Notes under the pieces: generated by a model
Seen by the model: the letters and a program-made list of their open reading frames with translations, nothing else
Told to the model about the DNA's origin: nothing
Databases searched by the model: none
Source: Camelus dromedarius
Lineage: Eukaryota
Direction: 5' to 3'
Length of the DNA: 64,000 nucleotides
NCBI RefSeq assembly: GCF_036321535.1
Contig: NC_087438.1
Location: forward strand, 23,560,001-23,624,000
In this document: piece by piece, positions 23,556 to 36,810 of the stretch
Numbering within the stretch: the first letter of the stretch is position 1
Layout of the letters: each line of letters begins with the position of its first letter
Program-made: the position numbers and the translations under genes

Positions 23556-24929
23556 TATCCTTAATTCTTTATAGAAAGCATTACTTGATAAAAAATAATA
23601 ATAATAGTAATGTCTACTAGCTCAAGTGTTAGGGGCTGGCCAATGGAAAACATTTTAAGGCAGGGGGATTTCTCAGGGGCCATTAGATCAGACTTATACT
23701 GCTTCCTACTTATCAGGCAAGACCAGCTGGTGGGGATGAGATAAAAAGCTGAGCTGCCTTGTGGGAATCATCTGGTATGGAACGTCCACTGCTCTCTGCT
23801 AAGGAAGGGCAGGGGAGAGGACCTTCACAGCCTCTTGAGAACCAATTCATTTTTTCCTAGTCTCCCATTGAGAACAGTTGCCTACAACCTCTCCTTCTTC
23901 TCCTCAACTCCCATCAAAGTGTTAGTCATCTTGATTTTCTAGATGTTATATTTCGGTTAGTGCAATGATTTGGGATCCAGTGGGAAACTGGCAGCATCTT
24001 ACAAGGAATTTGTGAATAGATTGCTCTGGAATCACGAAGCCCAGAGACCCTGAAGAGTCACCTAACCTATGCTGTCATGCCTTTGGGTTTTACCACCAAT
24101 TAAAAACAGCAGACTGAAGAGTGAAAAAGACGGTATTGCAAAAGACATAGGAGGAAATTATCAAATCAGTTCCAGTACTCAGGGCCCTGCGCTGCACAAC
24201 TCAAGGGGGTGCTATTCACTCAGAAAAAAAACTGTGAGTGGTCCCCCTCTGGAGTTGTGCAATGGAACAGTGCCATCAAAACTCATCAACCTGTCCTGGA
24301 AAGAATTTCCATTGTATTTGAAAATGTCAGAAGTTGCCAGATCAGTGTGTCTCTTCCTATGGTGATGAAGACAACATGATCAACAATATTCTGAAATCAA
24401 GAACAGGAAAAAATTGGTTTAGGATAAAGAGGTATCCAAGGTACTCAATTACAGTGCATGAATCACTGGAAAGGCACCACATGTTCCCCATTCTATACAC
24501 AGGAAAGAATAAAATCACCCCTCCAGATCACCCTTATTGATTATCCATCACATGGCCAGCCCAGTGCTTAGAGCTCTAAGAGGGGCAGTGACCCCGGCCC
24601 TCAAGGTTTATAACCCAGACTGGAAGACAAGACTGATATCCATAAAATAGTAGAAAGGGGAACAGCAAAGCCCTAGCATTTTCCTGTTGAAAAATGTATA
24701 GTGCTCACGTGTCCCAGAGGCTGGCCCACGACTTCTGATGGCACTGGGTCTAGAGCCCAGACCTTGAGTCCGGTATCACTCCCCAGCTGGCATCTCAGAG
24801 TCCAAGTAGTAGGAAAAACTATCCCTTCATTGAAAAGTGGATGAGAATTCAGAAAAAAAAACTGTAAGATCAAAAAATTATGACAGGGTTTAATAGAAAT
24901 AGCATGAGCGGAGGTCAAATTAGTTAATA

Positions 24930-25045
24930 CTTTGAGCTAATTTTCTCATCTGTAAAATGGTGATGACAACATATTCTTTGCTGAGGAGTTCTGATAAGAA
25001 CAGAATAAGGTAATACTTAAAAATGACCCCAAACAGTGCCTGGCC
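24930..25045 (+). mobile_element. MIR fragment
   Basis: ttttctcatctgtaaaatggtgatga...aaacagtgcctggc. Confidence 0.6.
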
Positions 25046-25419
25046 TTGCTGTCTCCATGGAGTTCCTCAAGATGATGGTATTTGGACTCTTCCCTGTGAC
25101 TCAATTAATCATTTCCTCATCTTGCAGCATGGTTAATATACTTGTTTATTTCTGGAAGTACTGCATTTGAGGTTCCAGAAGAAAACCTGCTCATCTAAGG
25201 GTACAAAAGTTGTCTCAATTATCTTTGTTTCATACCTGGCAGCCCTTGGAACTGAGTGCATTTATTCCATTGTAATTCCCCAGAGCTGTTCCCCCAGATT
25301 CACTAACTATTGTTCTTACAGAATAAAGAGTCAGCACCTAATAGAAGGGCACCCACTTAGCTCAATAAAGTGGAGTTTCAGAAACTATAAAAGTAATCAC
25401 CAAAGAGAATGAGGCATTA

Positions 25420-25612
25420 GATGAAGACTCACCTCTAACTTTACTGGCTGTAAGAATCACTTGGAAAGCGTCTTTAAAATGCCTTCACCTGGGAACCTAG
25501 CCCAGAGATTCTGATCAGTCAACCTAAGATGATACCCAGAAATCTGCACTTTAGCAAGCACCTGGGGTTTTTGATATAGGCAATCCATGTATCATACTTT
25601 GAAAAACACAGT
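25420..25612. mobile_element. MER5-like hAT-Charlie element
   Basis: agaatcacttggaaagc...cccagagattctgat...aatctgcactttagcaagcacctgg...tactttgaaaaacac. Confidence 0.7.
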
Positions 25613-25965
25613 ATTCCATTAGGTGATGCTTGATTGTTTTTATCTTCGCCCACTGTCAAACTGGCGTTAACACTAAGGATATGGGGAAATGCTCATTATG
25701 ACCCTAATTAAACACTTAGTTCATCCCAATCAGTTTCTGCTCTAATGATTGCTGATTGTGAAGAATATTCCCCTGAATCCATAACATCTTGGCAGATCAG
25801 GGCACTTAAAAGATGCCAAAAAAATAAAGTTTAAACCTTTCTAGGAAGCAGCTGAATAACTGTTTGGGATTTGAAATGTGAAATAAACGTGAAATCATGT
25901 CACATGAAGAAGAAAATGTGTGGTCTGAAAGAAGCTAGCCTGACACAAATATTAAGAGCCCTACC

Positions 25966-26072
25966 ATGAATATATATATATGTTCACGTGTAACTGAAAA
26001 ATTGTGCTCTACACTGGAATTTGACACAACATTGTAAAATGACTATAAATCAATAAAAAATGTTAAAAAAGA
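25966..26072 (+). mobile_element. About 107-bp severely truncated L1 tail with 12-bp TSD
   Basis: Close match to the last ~100 nt of the L1 at 14795-15778. TSD aagagccctacc (25954-25965) / aagaaccctacc (26073-26084), preceded by a TT/AAGA endonuclease-like site. Confidence 0.9.
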
Positions 26073-26360
26073 AAGAACCCTACCAAATCTACTATTCTCA
26101 AAAATTAAAAAAGGAATGTTAATGACATCTCAAACCATGAGTTCCTAGATAAGCCAACAAAATCAAGGAACATCAGCTAAGAGACATCGTAGCAACCACA
26201 AGCTCATCAGAACTTCTCTTCCACGTTATCTTCAGGAATGGGGCAGGAGCCTCGTGGAATACAACATCTTACCAGGTGGTTTTCCTAGTCCCCATCAGAC
26301 ACTTAGGGTTACTTCTGACTCTTTCTTCTTCTCCCAATAATCTTCTCTCAGAACAATTTT

Positions 26361-26718
26361 TTTTTAATCTTTTCAAAAAATAGACTTTGTTTTTTAGAGA
26401 AGTTTAGGTTCACAGCAAAACTGAGCAGAAAGTACAGAGATTCCCATATACCCTCTGCCCACCCTCCACAGCCTCCTCCACTATCAGCATTCCTCACCAG
26501 GCAGGTACGTGTGTTACAAACAAGGATACTACATTGACACGTCATTATACAACAGAAAAAAAATCAATCAAACCAAGAGCTGTTTTTTTATTTTGAAACA
26601 GTAAACAAAATTGACAAACCTCTGGCCAGACTCATCAAGAAGAAAAGAGAACACAAACAAAATAAGAAAGGAAAACGGAGAAATTACAACCAACATCACA
26701 GAAATACAACATATCGTG
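26361..26718. mobile_element. L1 composite: reverse L1MC-like 3' end joined to a forward ORF2 fragment
   Basis: Reverse tail tttaggttcacagcaaaactgagcagaaagtacagagattcccatatac to about 26547, then forward aaaattgacaaacctctggccagactcatcaagaa. Confidence 0.75.
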
Positions 26719-28275
26719 AGAACGATTTTCTGTTTTTCAAACTGTCTCTATAAACAGCAATCCATGTTTGTCATCACTAGAAAATGAGGGGTCCGACTAA
26801 ACGGACTGGGGAAAACCTGCCAGCACATTGGGAGCCCAGCAAACATGTTGTTAGGGAGAACAAATGAAAGAACTTTCTCCCACAGGGAGCAGAAAGCCAT
26901 CATGGTATATTTAGCCAAGACAGAGCACTATTTTTTCATGACATCCCAGCAGGCCATCATTCTCAAATCAGAAACCATCCTCCACTGACAGGATGCAAAG
27001 CCTTTCCTGGGCTGCAGCCCTGGCCCTGCTTCTCCCACTTTGATGGGCAACAGTCCCTGATCAGGGAGAGTCCCCACACCTGGAGGGAAGAGTCCAATAG
27101 CATGTCAAGACAGTTGCTATGGCCACCAAAGTGATTCTGGCCTGAAACAGAGCATTCCAGCGATGTTTACCAACGGCTTAGGGCCAAAGGGGAATGCCTT
27201 CCCTGGTGGCTTAGTGATGGGAGCTGGCGAACCACGAGAGAATTTGATGGCGTGTTAACGTCACTAAGTGCCACAGCAGAGAAAAGGGGAAAAAAACCGG
27301 AGAGGAGGTCTAGTATGAGACTTTAAGATGTGAATGTGAACACGGGTAAATATTTATATCCTCATTATAAGTTTAAAACAAAAAGTTAAAGAAGGATTTG
27401 CTTTCCCAATGGCTCTTTCATTAAAGAGGAAGTCCACACTCACTGTCTCCATTTTCTATGCCCCACTAAAGTCACGACTACAGTAGCACGAATTTATTTT
27501 AGTTATTTGTAACCCCCCACTATCACGTAAGGAGAACAGGTCTGGGTGGCTGTAGTACTTTTTGGCCAAGAGCAAAAAAAAAACAAAAAAACTTCCTACT
27601 CAGTAGAATAGACTTTCTCATCCTTGAAGACAACATTAAAGTAGTCTGAGGAAGGGAAATGGCAACTGAGAAAGCTCTAAGCAACTGTGTTTAAGAAAGA
27701 AGGGAGAAGCTGGGAGTCTCAGAAATAATCCAGATGTAGACAAAGTGGCACCTGGAGATGGAGAGGCTAGAAAGGAAAAGCCCACAGAAGAAGATGCACC
27801 AGCTGGCGGCCAAAGGGAAAGATGTAAAAAAGAAAATGGGGATTTTTTACTTGGAGCATCACAGGACATGTACAACATGAACTCCTTTATCTTTTTCACC
27901 TACGAAATCTTGAGTACAACAAGCACTGTTCTCTAATACTTTGTTGTGACTAGAAATGCTGTATCTTCCTTCAAAGACGGCACAGGTAGAAAAAGAGGGG
28001 AGAGTCTTTGAAGCAGTACATATGAGAGACCTCTTTTTCTCTTTAAATAGAGGGTAAAATCATCTACTTAAGGCAAGTAGGAAAGGCATCTGGGAAACTG
28101 CTGTGAAGAATGGGAGAAGCCACCAGCCTTTCACGGAGCCTGGCTGAAGCCTCAGCTGAGATTGTGAGCTGCTAAAAGCAAGTCAAAGGAAGTGACAAGA
28201 TAAATGCAGAAGAGGTTGTGGTCAGAAAGGGGAACATTCAAGTTTAAGCATTCAGACTTTGTGACACAAGCCCGA

Positions 28276-28714
28276 TGTGGCAGGCCGAACATGACCCCCA
28301 GAAGATGCTCACCTCCTAATCCTTAGAACCCGTGAGTAGGTTACTCTACATGCTAAAAGGGACTTTGCAGATGTAATTAAGTTAGGGATCTTGAGATAGG
28401 GAGATTGTTGACTCACTGTAATCAGAAAGATCCTTAAAAGAGGGAGGCAGGAGGGTCAGAATGAGCAGTAGGAGAGGTACTAACAGAGGCAAGAAGTTGG
28501 TGTGAGGTAAGGAAGGGGCCACAAGCCAAGGAACACAAGCGGCCTCTAGAAATTGAAAAGGGGACAAACAGGTTCTCCCCTGAAGAATCCAGAGGAACGT
28601 GACTCTAATGACACTTGAGTTTTGATTTTTGACCTCCAGAACTGTAAGAGTTCTGTTGTTTTAAGCCCCTGCGTCGGTGGTAATTTGTTACAGCAGCCTT
28701 CAGAAGCTCATACA
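28276..28714 (+). mobile_element. MLT1D-like MaLR solo LTR
   Basis: tgtggcaggccgaac...gactttgcagatgtaattaagttagggatcttgaga...tgacctccagaactgtaaga...ggtaatttgttacagcagc...taca. Confidence 0.88.
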
Positions 28715-29059
28715 CCAGGGGAGTGGTCACGGGAATAGGTCGCCAAAGTGAACCCAATCGAAGAAGTCTAAGGATGGGAAGTCAAGAAGATTAGGGTCCA
28801 TGAGGTTAAGGTGTTCACTTTGACCTACAGTTAAAAATACACTTCATGTTGTGAGCCCAGTATACAGCCAAACAACAATTTCAGGAAGCAGTGTTCCCCT
28901 CTTTTCCCACATAGGAGGCATTCTGATACACTCCATTCTGTGTTATTCTATTTCATTTCATTTAAATTCTGGCTCTAACACACTAAGTTGATTTCATATC
29001 CACATAATGGACTACAACCATGACATGGTTGTAATATGGTAAGGAGGGATTGGGACTTA

Positions 29060-29260
29060 ATTGCTAAATCTGGACCTGAGTTCTAGCCCTGGTTCTGAGC
29101 TCTCTTCCTGTGTGACGGTCAAAGTGGTCGACTGATGAGTCTCAGGCTATGCATATGAGAAACGGGGAATGCTGACTTGATAAAGCTGTTCACAGGAACA
29201 AAAAGAACTATTGCAAGGAAGCCCCTATTACAGGGGCTGGCACGTAGCATTAATTCAAAA
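29060..29260 (+). mobile_element. MIR SINE (diverged)
   Basis: gacctgagttctagccctggttctg...ctgtgtgac...ggggctggcacgtag. Confidence 0.55.
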
Positions 29261-29409
29261 ATAGTGGCTTCTTATAAAATCGGAGAATCTTACCCTAACA
29301 TTCATCAAGGGTCGATTTTTCAGCTGACACTGGAATTGTGTCCTCAGTTCCATTCACCCAAACCACAAATGTACTTATAGTGAAGACAGACAATTTCTCA
29401 AGGCATCCA

Positions 29410-29745
29410 CTACTGCTCATGTATTTTAATTACTAGAAATCTCCTCCCTTTACGGTATCAAAAATCTGTGTCCCTGTAACTTCCACTCATCATCTTGGCT
29501 CTGCCTTGTGGAGCTATACCAGAACATGTCTGGTATCTTCTATACCTGGTATCTGCTTACGTATATTGGATAACGTTTATCATGTGCCACTGAGGCTTCT
29601 CTTTTCAGCCTAAATACATCCATTTTGTTCAACCATTCTTCATTTCCTATAGTGCTAATCCTTCAGCAGTCTGGTTAATCTCCCTGGAACCATACCACAG
29701 CTTGTCACTATCTCTCTGAAAATGACACCAGAATTGGGCATTGAG
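29410..29745 (-). mobile_element. L3/CR1 LINE fragment
   Basis: ccctgtaacttccactcatcatcttggctctgcc...tatcatgtgccactgaggcttctcttttcagcctaaa...ttcaaccattcttcat matches recalled reverse L3. Confidence 0.7.
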
Positions 29746-29792
29746 GGTCCAGCACCCCAATGTCATCAACTTTGGAGAAATGAAATAGTGGG

Positions 29793-29796
<4 letters not shown>

Positions 29797-29832
<36 letters not shown>
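29797..29832. repeat. (AT)18 microsatellite
   Basis: Perfect run read directly. Confidence 0.95.
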
Positions 29833-29834
<2 letters not shown>

Positions 29835-31539
29835 TTCACAATAATCAAATTCTTCAGGGAAGAAAGTGATAAGGCAAAAATCTGGTCTAATGAGGACTTT
29901 CTCCTTTTACTAGGGCTTAACAAAATGATTTATTTTCTCCATGGTGTTACACGGGGTCCAGGAAATGGGCTTTGGAGTTGGGGAAAACACATAGCGACAA
30001 CAGTGATGATAGAAAGTCTCAGTACTCCCTGAAGTTTAATGATTTTTTTCCTTAAACAAGGCCCTGAACTGACCAGACATCATCTTCATTAGACTTCAGT
30101 TTCCCAGCCATTCTGACCATCCTCTCTGCGTCCAAGTGGAGAAGACCAGTAAACAGTTCATGGCAGTGCGGTTGTGGATACGAACAGACCACACCAGAAC
30201 CAGCCCTCTGCAAATGGTTCTGATTTCTTTGCAAAATGGGCAGGCAGTGCCTGGATGTCACTGCACGGAAAAAGTGGGTCTAAGAGTATATATGTGATTT
30301 TTGTTCTTTTCCCAATGTTTTATTTGGAAAAATTTCAAAAGTACAGAAAACTCAAAGAATAGTATAATAAACATCCCTATGGCCCCACTTAATTCCTACA
30401 GAGAAGACTCTAGTGTACGGCTTAGGGGGTGGACACCAGACTGCAGTCATTCTGCCTGAGGTAGTGGAAACAGCAATTCTGTGTTCAGCCCCATCCTCCC
30501 TGCCCTCCATCATACCAGCATCTCTAAGTCTCAAAACACTCTGGGGTCCTTGAATCAAATCAACTTTCTTCTTGTCTATATCCTGTCAGTGTGCACAGTT
30601 TGGGGTGGGGTTCACTTGGCCATGAAATACTGATTATTACTTGTCCCACTTTCTATCCTCTAGAATTTTGTCAAAATCTCATATCCTAAAACAGCTCCTC
30701 TCTTATTCTCTGTTATTGTTAGGAAGGAGAGGAAACCTATTGTTCCATCTGTCATCTTTAGAAACTTTTTGATGGTTTCAGGAACATTAAAAACAAAAAT
30801 AATTCGATTAATAAGACATATTAAATAAACAATGAGTTAAACCTTCACACCAATGTCAAAGAGATTACACATGAAATTCATCCTTTTTATAAACTTAGAA
30901 AAATAAGTCTACTTTTGTTTTAATTCACCATTTAAAATTGTTTATACCCCAAATAATCCATGATAAATGACAAATGGCATAAAACATTAAAAATCCCTAC
31001 CAACAGAATAATTATGCCATAAAATAACACAGCATTCTTGTCAAAACCTATACAGCACAAACAAATGTCTCAATTCTGGAAAGTATGTGCTAAGTGCTAC
31101 TGAACTTTCTGAAGCACCTGAATGACAGCTGAAGTTTACCCACCATTTGTGACCTTTGTAGTGACCTTAACCTTGATGAGGGTGACGTTCTTGGAGATGG
31201 ATTGGCCTGAAGCAAAAGTGACCCTGGCTGACACAATTTATGACCTCCCAAATTACTAGTGAATAGCAATTATTAAGCAAAGCACAAAGGTATAATCAAG
31301 AATTTCTGATCACAGCAAAAACACTTAAGATAAGAGTTATTTTCTCTTTTACACTTTTCCTACAATTTCCAAATTTGCTACATTTGATATATAGAGATAT
31401 AAAATGTACATCTGTATGTATATAAAACACACAGACACATGTACATATATATTTGGTATGTATTTCTCTATAAACAAAACAATTATTCCGAAAAATTTAC
31501 CAGTGGTTATCTCTATGTGACATGCTCATTTTATAAAAT

Positions 31540-32268
31540 TAAAAGTATAAACTTCTCCTGTAAGGAAGAATTAACAGAAAGTTTAACTAAATATTCTTCA
31601 CTCCAGGAAGTGGAACTTAACTCCTCCACCCTAACCCTGCCTTGAGTGTAGCTTGTGTTTGGTGACCTGGTTCCACAGAGTTGGGTACTGGTACTGAAAG
31701 GGAAGAAATAAAGTAACTTTACAATGGAGAAGCATGGTGGACGCTACTCCAGCCAGGTGACCAAGGAAAGCACCATCAGTGATATGTTATATTGACAGCA
31801 TGTGACCCGGGTATGAGGTCATGAGAAGGGCATTTTACCTCTGTGGTGGTCCTCCCCAGAGCCCATAACCCCATGAGAAAAATATTACACAAACCCAACT
31901 TTAGGGACATTCTGCAAAATATTCCTCAAACTGTCAAGGTCATCAAAAACAGGTTAAGGCTAGGAAACTGTCAGAGCCCAGAGGAGGCTAAGCAGATACA
32001 ATAACTAACGTGTAATGTGGTGTCCTGGGCGGGATCCTGAAACAGAAGACTGACGTTCGGAAAACTAATGAGTCCTAAATAAAGTGTGTAGTTTAGTTAA
32101 TTGTAAAGTACCAATGCTGGTTCCTTAGTTGTGACAAACACGCATAATATTGCTCGATGTTAACAATAAGGGAAACTAGGTGCCAGGAATACAAGAACTA
32201 TATGTACTCTCTTTGCAACTTTTCTATAAATCTAAACTTGCTCTAAAATAGAGTATCCTTTTAAAAAT
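31540..32268 (+). mobile_element. L1MC3/4-like 3' UTR
   Basis: actttacaatggagaagcatgg...aactgtcaaggtcatcaaaaaca...gggatcctgaaacagaa...tttgcaacttttctataaatctaaa. Confidence 0.8.
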
Positions 32269-32544
32269 TACAAACAACTGCATTAAGATAGATGGAAGGT
32301 GAATCATAATCAAAATCTGGGAAGAGAAATTAAAATTTTTTTCCACCATAAAATGGTGCAATTACTCTGTCAATATGGTCCCATGATATCACAGTTGGAT
32401 CAACACACTTCAGAGCAAGGGAGGAAGGACTGCCTCTGCCTTTGGGGACAAGATGCATTGAGAGCCTCCGAAACGCACACTTTGACCCCAAACTCCACTT
32501 GTAAAATTGTTTCCTAAGTAACTGGTTCAGATAAGGAAAACAAT

Positions 32545-32930
32545 TTGTTCACAAAGATATCCATCACTGCATTATTTATAATGATGAATAATAGGAAACA
32601 ATCTAAATGGCCAAAAATGGAGGGCTGGAAAATAAATTGTGCCATGCCTAAATAATGGGAAGTTACTCAGCAAATAAAAGATATGTTAGGTTTTTGACGG
32701 TATCAAAAAATGTTCATCATGTGAGACTGAAAGACACAAAATTTTACCTTCAGCCTGAATCCAATTATGTAGAAATACAGAGAAAATACAGGAAAGAGAT
32801 ATATCTTTTTGCGTCATTGTTATTCCTGAATAGTTGGATAATGGTTATCTTCTTTTTTATATTTTTGCTGAAAATTCTGAATTTGCCACATGGGATACAT
32901 ATTTCTTTTATGGTAAAAAATAAAGTGATC
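32545..32930 (+). mobile_element. L1ME-like 3' end
   Basis: aagatatccatcactgcattatttataat...ggaaacaatctaaatggcc...ttttatggtaaaaaataaa. Confidence 0.6.
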
Positions 32931-33284
32931 TTCAAAACATTTACTAGTGCTTTTCTTTGTGTGATTAGATGACAGATGTTTATTTTCCTCTTTGTGCCTT
33001 TCTGAATTTTTCAAATCTCTATATTAGCATGTGGTACTTTAAAAACCAGAGAGAATGTATAAAACGTTCTATTGTACTCTGTAAATGCAATGGTTTGAGT
33101 GGTGACATGTTTTATCTAGAAAAAAATTTTAAGGATACTAAGTGATATACACAGAGTGTGGTGTTTTGAGAATGTTTCATTAGGAAGCATGATTTAAATT
33201 GAAGTGCTGTTAAAATGCATTGTCTTCCTGATCTCAGTCATCAGTTTGTCCAATTACATTGCCAATTAGAAGTCCACAGGTAAA

Positions 33285-33465
33285 GGGGGTGAAAGAAGGG
33301 GAGAGGGAGGTGGGACTGGAGAGCGTGAAGGGGGAGGAAGACAGAGAGAAGAGAGAAAGAACAAACACTGGAAGAGAAGACAAGGGATAAAGAATTACAG
33401 AAAAAGAGAGCAAGGGGAGAGTGGGAAGGCTGGAAAGAAGGCAAGAAAAGGAAGAGCAAAAGATG
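33285..33465. repeat. Purine-rich (GA) low-complexity tract
   Basis: About 180 nt that are predominantly G/A on the plus strand. Confidence 0.7.
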
Positions 33466-34038
33466 TCCTGCTCTCAAATCTAGGAAGTTGGAAATTGCAT
33501 GAAATAAACTCACTAAATGGCAATAATAATATGGGGTGAGAGAGGTTCTTAATCCGTGGAGAAATCAACAGGATTAGATCAGGCCCCGATGTTGTTTAGC
33601 AACGTTTTATAGCCATGAGAAAATGTTCTTGGGGAGGGAACCATTCACACCTGTGTCAGTCAATACACAAGAGCGCCACATGTAATGAGACAAACAGGTG
33701 GTCCCCACATTGTCCAGGTGGATTGTTCTGCTCATTAATATTGTTCCAAGCCTCCCCTTCCACCTCCACTTCTTTCTCAGTCACTCACTTGTTCACTTCA
33801 TGGCAAAAGAGGGAGAAGTGTAGATCATTTTTGAAAAGCAAATCTCTCAAGCCGGAAGGGTGATTTTGAAGACAACTGCTTGCCATAGGGAAATAATAAC
33901 ACCATTAGCTTGGGCGGCTTTGAGTGATCAAAATCACTATTTCAAAAGTCCTTCTGAACCATCAAGAAATGGAAATTCTTAATAACTATTTCATGAGTGT
34001 TGGACTTGCCAAGATACTAGTTTTCAATCATACTGAAA

Positions 34039-34521
34039 TGATGCAGTAGAATGGTGTCCCCATCCTAATTCCCAGAAACTGACTATGTAAATTGCATGGC
34101 AAAGGGGAATTAAGATTGCAGATAAAATTAAGGCTGCTAATCAACTGACCTTGAGTTTGGGAAATTAGCTTGGATTATCTAGGTGCACCTGGTGTAGTCA
34201 GAAGGATTACTATAAATGGAAAAGAGAGGTAGGACTGGAGACAGCGGTATGAAAAGACTTGGCCCAGTGTTGCTGGCTTTGAAGATGGAGAAATGGAGCT
34301 GTAAGTCATAGAATGCAAGTGATCTTTAAGCTGGAAAAATCAAGGAACTGGTTTACCCTTAAGTCTCCAGAAGGAACACAGCCCTGTCAACACCTTGATT
34401 TTGGCTTACCGAGACCCATTTCAAACTACTGACCTCCAGAGCTGTAATATAAGAAATCTGTGTTGCTTCAGACCACACAGCTTGCGAGAATTTGTCAAAG
34501 CAGCAACAGGAAACAAATACA
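34039..34521 (+). mobile_element. MLT1D-like MaLR solo LTR
   Basis: ggcaaaggggaattaagattgcagat...ttgctggctttgaagatggag...cagccctgtcaacaccttgatttt...gcagcaacaggaaacaaataca. Confidence 0.88.
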
Positions 34522-35701
34522 ATATGGTTACAAACATCAGGTGCAAAAGGGAAGACTGCTAGCAGGAATTGGGGGGTGAGCCCTAAATAAAAGATTGCCT
34601 GAACTTCAAAAGCTAGTATCAAGCTCTGGGACTGATGGAAAAGGCTAACCTTGCTCCCTGGAAATTTTAGCTACTCGGTCCAGACTAAAGCATTTGAAAG
34701 AACTTAAAATGAGGCCAGTGTATTCACCTTGAATCAATTACAGTGATGTGAGTCATGTCAGCCCCAAGAGCTTTTGTCAAATCAGCACAATGAAAATGTT
34801 AAGATTGTTAAGGTTGAAAACACAATTCTCTTTCTACTAGGAACTAAAAATGAGAAACAGGATTGAGATATTTAGTTGCCTTTCTAGAAATCTAGAGGTG
34901 GAATGCAAAGGGTGGAAAGGAATGACTTAAAAGAAATTGGTCCAGCCATTAGGAGACACAGTCTTCCCCTGGTGTGTGATCTTATGCAGGCACGGAATTT
35001 CTTGGATCTCAGGTTTTGTAGATGAAAAATGAAAATTATCATACTGCTTTCTTCCCATGAGTATAGTGAAAGGCAAATGGAACTATGTATTTGAGATCTG
35101 CAAGTAATACATACATTTATCCCTCTGTCATTTTCAGCTGAATAATCACAATCATTTGTTTTGCTGCAAATCACAATTATGCTTTAGTAATAGTTTTCTT
35201 TCAAATAAACTCATGTCTGGGGGTGGTGGGTGGTTGCTTTTTATATAGTGTGACAGTCCGTCTGACAAAGTCTCATCTGTGGAAAGCATGAGCTCATGGT
35301 TTTAAACATGTCTTCATTCCAAAGGTTCCAAAAAGACCTTCCCAGAAAGTCTGTTTAACCTCAAGGGCATTAAGAAGGAAGTGGCCTTTATGCACTGGGT
35401 CCTGGTTGTTTCCAACTATAAATTGAGTACAGGAAAATCTGAAGTCTGTAGGGAGCAAGAGAGCCCATTCAGATCAAGTTTTAAGCTTCCTGGAGCCTAC
35501 TGGGAAATTTCAGGAACTCTGCTGGATCCTTTCTCACTACTTTTAATTTGTAACTTGTACATTGGGAGAAGGAGGAGTTTTCAGCTGCCTGTGATTCAGC
35601 TTCTCCCAGGACATAGTAGGAACTCTAAGTAAGCCCAGTTGCCATTGATTGATTACATGTCCACAGCTTTTCTGGGGTTTTGTGGCAATATAAGAATATT
35701 T

Positions 35702-36348
35702 TGTTTCTGGTAGATGTAATGTGTGTCCAGGTTCTTGTTCTATCCTAGAAAGAATTCGACTCGGAGGTCAAGGAAGTAAAGTGAGGATTCATTAAGGGAT
35801 AGACAGTACACTCAGAAGGGGAGGGAGGGCAGGCTCAGGTGAGTGGCTGCCCTGAGTTTCTTTGGCAAGTTGGTTACACAGGGTGTAAAAATGAATGGGT
35901 GGAATATGTATTGGGGAGAGAAGGGTTTGGGGTTGTATTTCCTGATTTTCATCCCAACTCCACCTTCCCAAAGGGAGGAGGATTTTTGTCCTTCTTTAGT
36001 CTGGATCAGAAGTGTCATGGAATTGGTGCATGATGGGTACTTTTAATCTGCAAGGCTAATTTTATTGAAATGAAGGCATGATAAGCAAAAGGTTACATTC
36101 AGACACTGGAGATTCCTGCCCTTTCCCACCTTTCTTTGTTGGCCTCCAGGTGGCTTGTCACCCCAAAATGTGTGACCACTTATAAGCCCAGAGGTTCCTG
36201 CTTTTCTCTCTCTGCCCAGGGACCCCTGGTGCTTACATGATGTATGTTTTCCTGCATTTGGCCTGTGTCCCTCCTTTTGCCCAATTCCTGCCATTTGGTC
36301 TGCCTCCCCCTTTCTCTGCTCATATCTAGCTATCCGCTTGCTCTAACA
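35702..36348 (-). mobile_element. ERV class I-like solo LTR (~647 bp)
   Basis: TG...CA termini. tgtttctgg...gtgtccaggttcttg...aaagaattcg resembles the reverse U5 end of MER41/LTR8-type LTRs. Near-TSD attt/gttt. Confidence 0.75.
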
Positions 36349-36499
36349 GTTTTATAAAGTATTTTTAAAACCTGTCTGAAATACACATTCCAAAAAATAA
36401 AAGGGCCTAAGCAAATAGTCAGTTGTGCATTAGACCCAGGAAGGATGATTAAAATAATGTTATTTCAGGGTCCCTGACCTCAGATTGTGCCCTTATGCC

Positions 36500-36810
36500 C
36501 CTCCTCCAGACATATGTACACTTCTGATGCCATCTTCTAGAAAGTCCTTCCCTGACCACGCAAACAAAAACACAGCTCTCACCCGAGCACTCCTCATCTG
36601 CCTTACCTTCTTTATTTTTTAGAGCAATTATTATATACTATATATAGACATGTATTTACCAGTTTAATCTTGTCCAATGTCACTTTCCACACTAGAATTC
36701 AGTTGGAAGGAATAAGTTATCTATTTTGTTCAACTCTATATCCTCATTGCTTGGAATACAGCCCAACACATGAGAGGTGTTCAACAAATATCTGTTCAGT
36801 GATGAATGTT
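36500..36810 (+). mobile_element. L2 3' end
   Basis: ccttccctgaccac...ctattttgttcaactctatatcctca...gtgttcaacaaatatctgtt. Confidence 0.75.
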
